Assembly: GCA_963676105.1 (NCBI GenBank)
Contig: OY781039.1
Location: 120,001-152,000 of the forward strand
Direction: 5' to 3'
Origin: Erysipelotrichaceae bacterium
GTDB lineage: Bacteria > Bacillota_I > Bacilli_A > Erysipelotrichales > Erysipelotrichaceae
Length of the DNA stretch: 32,000 nucleotides
Within the stretch, counting starts at the first letter, position 1. Each line of letters starts with the position of its first letter. This document shows, one piece after another, positions 25,260-32,000 of the stretch. Made by a program: the position numbers and the translations under genes. The notes under the pieces were generated by a model. That model was not told where the DNA came from. It saw nothing but the letters and a program-made list of their open reading frames with translations, and searched no databases.

Positions 25260-25635
25260 TGTTATTTATTCCTAATTGTTTAGCTATTAATTCAGCAGTT
25301 ACTTTTGCAGCGAATGTAGCTAATATATCAATTGAAACAGATCCAACTTTATTTGCAGCCTTTTTGGTTTTATCCCAAGATCCTTGTGGTCGTATGTTGC
25401 CTAGAAATTGATGTCCATAATAGCTTAATGACATAACAGTAAATTCATAATCACTTAAAGTAGATTGGTCTTTTGCATCTAAAAAACCTGCTTCATAAAG
25501 CCTTTTAATAGTATAGTTTATTTCATCTTTGTCATAATCTTTAACAATGAATTTATTGGATTCTATATAATGACGATATGGTATTTCCTCAATGGCTAAC
25601 ATAACATCTCTTACACACTCATGGCTTAATTTCAT
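25249..25635 (-). CDS. Islet cargo: small DUF2513/YjcQ-like winged-helix protein
   Basis: The N-terminus (MKLSHECVRDVMLAIEEIP ... YTIKRLYEAGFLDA) resembles the DUF2513 wHTH pattern. The protein is 128 aa. Confidence 0.55.
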   Translation of the reverse strand: MKLSHECVRDVMLAIEEIPYRHYIESNKFIVKDYDKDEINYTIKRLYEAGFLDAKDQSTLSDYEFTVMSLSYYGHQFLGNIRPQGSWDKTKKAANKVGSVSIDILATFAAKVTAELIAKQLGINNNDA

Positions 25636-25647
25636 GTTCTTTTATTC

Positions 25648-26274
25648 TCACTCTCTATCTTGCAACCATAATCCATATTTGTTGACTCCTCTTACATTAT
25701 TGATAAGTGGCCAACAATCAGCTATATACTTTTCTTTGTCATAAGTGTCTGCTTCTAATAAACATTCAGTTCTTCCTTCAGGTGTTCCTGGGAAGTCTTT
25801 AACAGTATTTTCGTTATATACTGTTAAATCTTCTTCAAATACATAATCACATGGTAAATATGGATTATCTGCAGCTGTACCGTTTTCAGGATCATCAGGA
25901 CATATAATTTCAGGTTCACCAACAATTAGGGTAAACTCTTCTATATCTTTTGCACCATTTTTATCTGTTGCTACATAATAGAGTTGATACTCTCCAATTA
26001 CATTAAAATCATAATATCCATCAACAACAACTTCCAAAGAGTTTCCTTCGTAGTCAACAGCAGAAACTCCATCGATTAGATCGATTGGTTTATTCCATAC
26101 TGTTTCTAAAACATCATTAGTAAAAGTAATTGCTGGAGGAGTTTTAATTTCTTTAACTTCTTCCGTTGTTTCATTAACTTCATCTTCTATTATTTGCTTC
26201 TCATTTTCTGAAGTGTTTTGCTGAGCACATGATGCTAATAAAACTAAATTAACAATCAATATTATCTTTTTCAT
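25648..26274 (-). CDS. Islet cargo: lipoprotein with an Ig-like (DUF5011-type) domain
   Basis: The signal peptide has a lipobox (LLASC). The segment IDLIDGVSAVDYEGNSLEVVVDGYYDFNVIGEYQLYYVATDKNGAKDIEEFTLIV resembles the DUF5011 bacterial Ig-like fold. A Cys-containing C-terminal region follows. Confidence 0.72.
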   Translation of the reverse strand: MKKIILIVNLVLLASCAQQNTSENEKQIIEDEVNETTEEVKEIKTPPAITFTNDVLETVWNKPIDLIDGVSAVDYEGNSLEVVVDGYYDFNVIGEYQLYYVATDKNGAKDIEEFTLIVGEPEIICPDDPENGTAADNPYLPCDYVFEEDLTVYNENTVKDFPGTPEGRTECLLEADTYDKEKYIADCWPLINNVRGVNKYGLWLQDRE

Positions 26275-26461
26275 AGTCCCACCTATACTTTATTAATATA
26301 ACCTTTCTTTTTATTGTTATCCACTTCAATTTTTCTACGTGCCCAAAAAATGCCCATTCATGTATAATTTATTAAACAAAAAATCGTATTGTAACTTGCA
26401 AAGCCTATTAAAATAAGGCTTTTTGAATACTTATAAAATTTATGAAATACAAAAATTAGTT

Positions 26462-26533
26462 TCCGTCCTCGGACACCATATTAAATCAAGCCTTTGTTGA
26501 GGTTTTTTTAGATTCTTTGTCTAAAGCACCTAA
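26462..26533 (+). repeat. attR-side direct repeat (displaced tRNA-Leu 3' end copy plus downstream homology)
   Basis: The sequence tccgtcctcggAcaccatattaAatcaagcctttgttgaggttttttt...ctttgtc is present. The G-to-A change would break acceptor-stem pairing, so this copy is not part of a functional tRNA. Confidence 0.85.
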
Positions 26534-26692
26534 AATTCAACTTAATATCTAAACTTTAATAATATGTAGATGTTTAGAAAAATAGGATATGATTTGCATT
26601 TCTTTTATATTTAATCATTTACATTATCAACAACTTCAATTTTGAAAAAATAGTTTTGAGTTTGAATTTTTTGATTTAAAATAAATATAAAT

Positions 26693-29023
26693 CTATTTTG
26701 TAAATCTTCCTTTTATTAAAAATATTGCTGTTGCAAATATAATCACAATAAATGCAATAAGTGTAATGGTTATCCATGACAATCCATGGCTATAATCCTC
26801 ATCATATTCAATTTTGGAATCATCAAGTGATTCTGTGTCTTGTGAGTCAACAATTGAATTTTCAGAAATTTCTGGTTCGCTGTAACTCATAAAATATCCT
26901 TGTTGAACTGCTTGTGAATAGTTTTTGTAGAATTCACTAGAAGTAAACGAATGAGTAGTAGAATCTTCTCCATTTTCGTGTGATACAAAAGTTATTTCGC
27001 TGTAATATTGTAAAGGTGGATTTTGAATATATATATAACCATCAATGACATCTGATACTATTGAATAGTTCAGATTTGGTGTGTCTGGGAAATAATAGTT
27101 TATTTGATATCTGTCGCTGTTCGTGTCAATTTTGACAAAATGCCCTGGTAATAAAAATGTCCGATATCTGTCTGGATTGTTTGCATTAGCTGAATTCCCA
27201 ATAATATAAGTATCCCTATATTCCTGATAGTATATCCCATTTTGATCTTTAGCATTATAGTCGACAAACGGTTCTCCTTCGTCATACATAAAGTTATCAT
27301 TTAAGTCTACAAATGCTTCGCCAACATTGTGAACACCCGCACCTTCTTCTAGTACATCTGTTACTGCAAAGAAGCCATGATCAATAAACACTTGATCAAT
27401 AGCATCAGAAATTTCAGGGTGATTATGTTGAAGTGCATCATATAAATCAGCACAATGGCGTTGTTTTTCTCTCAAAATAGCGAATAAATCATTTATAGAA
27501 ACCTGATCATCATCCTCCTCACCTGCGTCTATAAAATCATACAATAAGCTTGCCACGGCAATAGTTTCAGAAAATCCATAATTTTCCCAAACTTTATGAT
27601 TTAGTTCTGGATTCCCCATAATATTCGAGAACTCATCATAGTAATGCATAGCGATAATGTTTTCCATAAAAATAGCAAAGCCTTCGGAATAAGAATAGCC
27701 TGTGTAAGAGTTAGCATAACCACCATGATGTGTGTCAGTATCAATACCACTGTCGCCAGGATAATCTGGATAATACAGCATAGTCATAACATAGTGTGAT
27801 AGTTCGTGGTATATAGTGTAGGGCATAGCACTCGAAGTAATATTCGAATAGTTTTCCATGATATGGATTTGACTTGTTTCCGAAACATAATAACCTGTGG
27901 CAGAAGCCGTTTCAGTATCTGTTTCATTTAATATCAGTTTTAAAGGTAATCGCGAATCGAACTCAAAGTTAAAGACATCTTTATAGTAATCGACTGCTTC
28001 CTTCATGCTTTGATAAAAATATACATATGTATTGGAGCTAGTACCAGCTTCAGTTGTTTCTTCAAAAGCTTGGCTTTCATATAGGCTACTAACGATATCC
28101 AAGTCACTTGACGAATTTATGGTATATTCTCCACAGTAAATCATTACTACTTCATCCATAGCGGTATTATCATCTGTTACATAGAAAACTGCTTGATCTG
28201 TATCATCAAAATACATTAGAGAAGTACTTACTACGACTTTATAACCTTGATCAACAGGATACGGAAAATCAACACTGAATTCTCCTTCATGAGTTGTATT
28301 GAGTTCGATTTGATCAAGCTGTTCGCCATTTTCGTTGAAAATATTAAGGAATACTTTCATGTTTTCAGCTTGGTGTTGAACCAAACCATCTTTGTCAAAT
28401 ACCATTTTTCCTTGGATTGAGTATTCCTCACTGTCATCTAACTGTTCTGTTTCTGTTGTTGAAGAAATCGATCCAGCTGATTTTTCAACCAGAGAGTCAA
28501 AATAATTTATAATAACGGATAGAAAATTATCAAAGTTTTCTTTAGGCACATTGAAATCAACATCTGCCATAATCGGTTTTCTCAAATAATAGATTTCACC
28601 CTCAATATTTGAAGATGCTTCACGTGATTTCAAAGCAAAATTATCGGAAATTGAAAAATTATAATAATCATCTTTTTGTTCCTTCGCCCACTCAATGTCA
28701 TCGGCAATATCTTCGACTTGAGCCATCTGTTCAAAATCATCACCTTCAACATAACCAACATTTACCCAAATTCTTCCTCCCATTTCTGAACTTTCTATGG
28801 GAAGTCGATACTCAATTTTGGCGTCAAAATATTTATCCTTAATTATTTCAAATGACTCTGATTTGTATAGTTCGAAACCATATGTTTCAAATTCAGAAAT
28901 TTTTGGCTCATCACCTAGCACCTCTTTTGGATCATCAACTGCTAAAACATCAACAATAAAAAAATTAACAATAAAAAATATAACGAATATGGCCGTTAAA
29001 TAGTAGTTAAATTTATTTTTCAT
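26693..29023 (-). CDS. 776-aa surface-anchored putative gluzincin metalloprotease (HExxH), with an N-terminal signal/anchor and a C-terminal TM helix
   Basis: The motif YHELSHYVM ... SEGFAIFME gives HExxH plus a downstream Glu, as in peptidase_MA-type folds. There is a hydrophobic N-terminus (LTAIFVIFFIVNFFIV) and a C-terminal TM (WITITLIAFIVIIFATAIFLI) followed by KGRFTK. Confidence 0.65.
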   Translation of the reverse strand: MKNKFNYYLTAIFVIFFIVNFFIVDVLAVDDPKEVLGDEPKISEFETYGFELYKSESFEIIKDKYFDAKIEYRLPIESSEMGGRIWVNVGYVEGDDFEQMAQVEDIADDIEWAKEQKDDYYNFSISDNFALKSREASSNIEGEIYYLRKPIMADVDFNVPKENFDNFLSVIINYFDSLVEKSAGSISSTTETEQLDDSEEYSIQGKMVFDKDGLVQHQAENMKVFLNIFNENGEQLDQIELNTTHEGEFSVDFPYPVDQGYKVVVSTSLMYFDDTDQAVFYVTDDNTAMDEVVMIYCGEYTINSSSDLDIVSSLYESQAFEETTEAGTSSNTYVYFYQSMKEAVDYYKDVFNFEFDSRLPLKLILNETDTETASATGYYVSETSQIHIMENYSNITSSAMPYTIYHELSHYVMTMLYYPDYPGDSGIDTDTHHGGYANSYTGYSYSEGFAIFMENIIAMHYYDEFSNIMGNPELNHKVWENYGFSETIAVASLLYDFIDAGEEDDDQVSINDLFAILREKQRHCADLYDALQHNHPEISDAIDQVFIDHGFFAVTDVLEEGAGVHNVGEAFVDLNDNFMYDEGEPFVDYNAKDQNGIYYQEYRDTYIIGNSANANNPDRYRTFLLPGHFVKIDTNSDRYQINYYFPDTPNLNYSIVSDVIDGYIYIQNPPLQYYSEITFVSHENGEDSTTHSFTSSEFYKNYSQAVQQGYFMSYSEPEISENSIVDSQDTESLDDSKIEYDEDYSHGLSWITITLIAFIVIIFATAIFLIKGRFTK

Positions 29024-29446
29024 AGTTACTTAAACACCACCCTCTACATAAATATCTTAATAATCTAATTTAATTACATGTTAAACTAGTTAAATTTAAA
29101 ATTCAAAAATCACAAGTTGGCTTTGGCATAAAAAACAAATTAAACAACAGAAATTAGTTGAAGTTTGATGATTTTTTTGATTAGGAGGAATAATTTTAAA
29201 TATATTAAAAAAACAATTAATAACTCGATTAAATAATACTAATTTAATAAAAGTTGAAGAAGATTTACTTACTTATGTAGAGCTGAATGTTCAATTAAAA
29301 AATCTATATTAATAATTTTTAATATTTTTATACTAGCCATGACTGTCTAATTTATTTAAATTTTATTTGATATTCAAAGGATAATTTTTCGCACTAAAAA
29401 TCTTAGAATAGTATAAATAAAATGACTTATTGTAGGGGATTTAAAT

Positions 29447-30172
29447 TTATAGTTTGAAACATTCTCCACGGTGATGAATTATTTTAATTTTAAAGTTTTT
29501 CATGTAACCATCACGTTTTAACCAGTCATTGACAATCCATTGATCACTAAAATGCATTGGAAAAATGATGCTTTCATGATGCACTTCTTTTGTAAAATAG
29601 TCTAAATTGAGTGCATAGTTATCTTCAAGCCTTGGATCAATGGGTAGAAAGGCAATATCAACAGGTAGTGATTTGAGCAGTTTCATTTCATTAAAATAGA
29701 TTTTTTCAATACCATCAATCCAATCTTGTGGTTCACCATCCCATTTCCACCAGTTTAAGTCACCTGCAAAATAAATATTAGTGTTGTCAATTTTGATGTG
29801 AAAGGCGACACCTTCGTCATTTGATTTAAGGGTTCTAATATGTAGATTATCAATTCGTAATTCTTCATGTGGACTCATAAAATTGATGTTTGAATTTCTT
29901 TCAGTTTCGATATCAGAAGATAAAATATAAGTAATATCTTTAATGTCTTTACGCCACTTAAAAATAATTGGATTAAAATGGTCACTGTGATGATGGGATG
30001 AAAAGACATAAACTTTCAAATCTCTTATCTCACGTGGATCTATAACACCCGCAATGAGTCCCTGTTTATTATTAAATGGTTTATCTTCAAAGTAATCGAA
30101 AATAATGAAATTTTTATCAATTTTTAATGCAAAACTACTGTGATAAAGATACCAAACTTTTATAGTTTTCAT
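29447..30172 (-). CDS. MBL-fold hydrolase (UlaG/beta-lactamase-superfamily-like)
   Basis: The motifs SSHHHSDHFNP (HxHxDH) and FAGD, plus downstream His and Asp residues, are present. Confidence 0.72.
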   Translation of the reverse strand: MKTIKVWYLYHSSFALKIDKNFIIFDYFEDKPFNNKQGLIAGVIDPREIRDLKVYVFSSHHHSDHFNPIIFKWRKDIKDITYILSSDIETERNSNINFMSPHEELRIDNLHIRTLKSNDEGVAFHIKIDNTNIYFAGDLNWWKWDGEPQDWIDGIEKIYFNEMKLLKSLPVDIAFLPIDPRLEDNYALNLDYFTKEVHHESIIFPMHFSDQWIVNDWLKRDGYMKNFKIKIIHHRGECFKL

Positions 30173-30177
30173 AGGAT

Positions 30178-30546
30178 TTATTTTTTACGTACGATTTCGA
30201 TCCAAAATCCATCTGGATCCTCAATAAAATAGAGCCCCATATCTACATTTTCAAAACAAATCACACCGTTTTTCTTATGAAATTCATATGCAGTTTCATA
30301 ATCGTCAACTTCAAAACAAATGTGAATTTCATTATCGCCAAGTTCATATGGCTTTTCCCAATCACGTAACCATGTTAGTTCGAGTTTATGCTTTGATTCT
30401 CCATCACCAAGAAAAACAATAATGAAACTCTCGTCATCTGCAACTTTACGTTTAACTTCAACGAGTCCTAAATTTTCTTTATAAAAGTTAATACTTTTCT
30501 CTAAATCAAATGAACTTAAATTATTGTGGGCAAAATTGAATTTCAT
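30178..30546 (-). CDS. VOC-family protein (glyoxalase I-like)
   Basis: The pattern FAHNNLSSFDLEKSINFYKENLGL ... HKLELTW ... HICFEVDD ... YFIEDPDGFWIEIV matches the glyoxalase/bleomycin-resistance fold. Confidence 0.8.
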   Translation of the reverse strand: MKFNFAHNNLSSFDLEKSINFYKENLGLVEVKRKVADDESFIIVFLGDGESKHKLELTWLRDWEKPYELGDNEIHICFEVDDYETAYEFHKKNGVICFENVDMGLYFIEDPDGFWIEIVRKK

Positions 30547-30683
30547 TTTCTTTTCTCCTAATTGATAATTTTATTTATATAAGATATCTTAACACTCTCA
30601 GCATAAAAGATTACTTAGTTTAATCTATAAGCTAAGTAGTATGAGGGTAAAATGCTGCTCATGATTTAAGATATAATATTTTT

Positions 30684-31535
30684 ATGAATATCATTTCTAA
30701 AATGAAACAACTAAAAAATTTAACACCTAATGAACAAACGCTAGTTGATTTTATTCTTAAAGATGTAGATAGTTTTCTTAAACTAAAACGTAAAGACATT
30801 GCGGTTGAGGCATTTGTTTCAGTCTCTACAATCTATCGTTTAGTCGATAAATTAAAATTAAATGGCATTAATGAGTTTAAACTTCAATTGTTATCAGCAT
30901 TACAGGATACAGGGATTGAATCAAATACCTTAGACTATAACTTTCCTGTAGATGAATCAGATAGTATTCAAGAGATCATTTATAATCTCAAACAACTCGA
31001 TAATAAAACCTTAGAAGAAACCATGTTTTTATTTGATTCTGACGAATTATTAGAGATTATCAACCAAATAAAGCCACATACCATTATTGATATTTATACC
31101 TCTTCATCAAACATCTATTTCGCAAAAAACTTTCAGTTTCAAATGAGTGAAATTGGACGAATTGTTAATGTTCCAGAAGAAAACTATTTCCAACGCATTA
31201 CTGCAGCCAATAGTGATACTAATCATTTTCCTATCATTATGTCGTTTGGAGGAAGAGGTCAAACGACTCAAGAAGTCATAGAGATCTTAAGAGAAATGAA
31301 AAAAGATTTTTGTTTAATTGGATCATCAGAAAATAAATGGAAAAAGTATGCGAAATTTAATATTGAAATTCCATTACTTGAAGATCACTACAATAAAATT
31401 TCTTCTTTTGTGACACGTTTATCACTTCTTTATATCTTTGATGTTTTATATACTTGTATCTTTAACTTAAACAATGAAGAAAATTTAAAGTTTAAATTGG
31501 AAGCTTATAGAAAGATAAATTCAAACTTAGACTAA
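30684..31535 (+). CDS. MurR/RpiR-family transcriptional regulator (HTH_6 plus SIS domain)
   Basis: An N-terminal HTH (LTPNEQTLVDFILKD ... IAVEAFVSVSTIYRLVDKL) is followed by a SIS-like C-terminal domain. Confidence 0.83.
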   Translation: MNIISKMKQLKNLTPNEQTLVDFILKDVDSFLKLKRKDIAVEAFVSVSTIYRLVDKLKLNGINEFKLQLLSALQDTGIESNTLDYNFPVDESDSIQEIIYNLKQLDNKTLEETMFLFDSDELLEIINQIKPHTIIDIYTSSSNIYFAKNFQFQMSEIGRIVNVPEENYFQRITAANSDTNHFPIIMSFGGRGQTTQEVIEILREMKKDFCLIGSSENKWKKYAKFNIEIPLLEDHYNKISSFVTRLSLLYIFDVLYTCIFNLNNEENLKFKLEAYRKINSNLD

Positions 31536-31560
31536 AAAGCGATCATAATGATCGCCTTTT
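31535..31560. terminator. Bidirectional terminator between the RpiR gene (+) and the HAD gene (-)
   Basis: The sequence is aaaa-gcgatc-ataat-gatcgc-ctttt. Confidence 0.7.
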
Positions 31561-31571
31561 AGGTGTATATC

Positions 31572-32000
31572 CTACAAATATCTCTCGACAACTAGGGCAA
31601 TACCATCGTTATCGTTAGAGGCCGTAATTTCCTGGGCAGCGTTTTTAAGTTCATCCACGGCGTTATCCATAGCCACACCCAGTCCTGCAAATTCTATAAT
31701 GGACATATCGTTTTGACCATCTCCAAAGGCAATACAATCTTTTGCATCAATACCCATTGGTGTGAGTACATTTCTGAGTGCATTTCCTTTATCAATGCCT
31801 TTAGCAGTGAATTCATAATAGAAGGCAGCAGTAAACATCGAACTAAGTTTACCTTCAAATGGTTTTCTTATGTTTTCGTAGTTTTTAGTTAAGTAATCAG
31901 GATCAGCCGCAATAAGGATTTTATTTAGTTCAAAATCTGCAAATTCGGCTAGATTTTCTTTCTCGCAGAGCAAATATTTGCCTCCTCGTGATTCATACTG
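31572..32000 (-). CDS. Cof-type HAD-IIB phosphatase, C-terminal part (5' end beyond the window)
   Basis: The motifs GIDKGNAL and FGDGQNDMSIIEFAGLGVAMDNA (HAD motif IV) are present. The frame stays open to position 32000 (...YESRGGKYLLCEKEN), so the track start at 31973 is internal. Confidence 0.85.
   Translation of the reverse strand, partial: QYESRGGKYLLCEKENLAEFADFELNKILIAADPDYLTKNYENIRKPFEGKLSSMFTAAFYYEFTAKGIDKGNALRNVLTPMGIDAKDCIAFGDGQNDMSIIEFAGLGVAMDNAVDELKNAAQEITASNDNDGIALVVERYL

Larger units (their letters stand above)
22238..26478. mobile_element. About 4.2-kb integrative islet in tRNA-Leu(CAA): disrupted tyrosine integrase plus four cargo genes, all on the minus strand
   Basis: A direct repeat of the tRNA 3' end lies at both borders. 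The integrase abuts the tRNA. The DNA is visibly more AT-rich than the flanks. No replication, excision or structural phage genes are present. Confidence 0.8.

Noticed and set aside
26385-26425. A possible third, degenerate copy of the tRNA-downstream hairpin (aaagcct-attaaaata-aggcttttt) inside the right arm of the islet.
   Set aside because: Similarity to the 22248-22273 and 26489-26510 hairpins is limited to a short AAGCC/GGCTT stem plus a T-run, which is generic for terminators. The preceding bases align only weakly with the tRNA end. This is not enough to call a third att copy.
26331-26645. A shared 10-mer, cttcaatttt, at about 26334 and about 26632, considered as a possible extra repeat pair.
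   Set aside because: It is too short and too AT-rich to distinguish from chance in this composition.
1-32000. The possibility of a Mollicutes-type genetic code (TGA = Trp), given the low GC content.
   Set aside because: TGA terminates several well-supported genes at the expected family length, for example mtlR at 1934-1936, the Crp/Fnr gene at 4504-4506 and the antitoxin at 6451-6453. A class A PBP and an amidase also indicate a walled organism. The standard code fits.
1-32000. CRISPR arrays, rRNA genes, IS elements and transposases.
   Set aside because: No regularly spaced repeats of 25-40 bp, no rRNA-like conserved stretches and no transposase-like ORFs or terminal inverted repeats were seen.

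Overview
This is a low-GC window (about one third G+C by eye) from a cell-walled Bacillota-type genome that uses the standard genetic code: TGA acts as a stop and long ORFs stay intact. The class is probably Erysipelotrichia-like, but that cannot be decided from sequence alone.

Most of the window is ordinary chromosomal backbone:
- The distal part of a mannitol operon: mtlR (5' end cut by the window), an EIIB-EIIA(Mtl) fusion, and mtlD.
- An FNR-like Crp/Fnr regulator flanked by two TGTGA-N6-TCACA palindromes, followed by a translationally coupled pair encoding a DUF438/hemerythrin/PAS protein and a DUF454 protein.
- A DinJ/RelB-YoeB toxin-antitoxin cassette.
- A class A PBP, an inositol monophosphatase-family protein, an Amidase_3 protein and an MFS transporter.
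- Small SRPBCC and VOC proteins.
- A P-II/Amt ammonium operon.
- MBL hydrolases, an aminotransferase plus D-2-hydroxyacid dehydrogenase pair, a DUF985 cupin and a tandem HD-GYP protein.
- tRNA-Ser(GGA), an AlkD-like protein and tRNA-Leu(CAA).
- A VOC protein, an RpiR regulator and a Cof-type HAD (cut by the right edge).

The accessory part lies at about 22.2-29.4 kb.
- A ~4.2-kb, visibly more AT-rich islet is inserted in the 3' end of tRNA-Leu(CAA). It is bounded by imperfect direct repeats at 22221-22296 and 26462-26533.
- The islet carries a tyrosine integrase interrupted by one in-frame TAA.
- It also carries a tightly packed unidirectional cargo: an Ig-like lipoprotein, a DUF2513-like wHTH protein, a DUF4238 protein and a 4-TM protein.
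- I consider this cargo the best candidate for an undescribed multi-gene anti-phage (abortive-infection-type) module.
- Beyond attR there is what looks like a relic of an older element, followed by a 776-aa membrane-anchored HExxH protein and about 420 bp of non-coding AT-rich DNA.

No CRISPR array, rRNA or transposase was seen.
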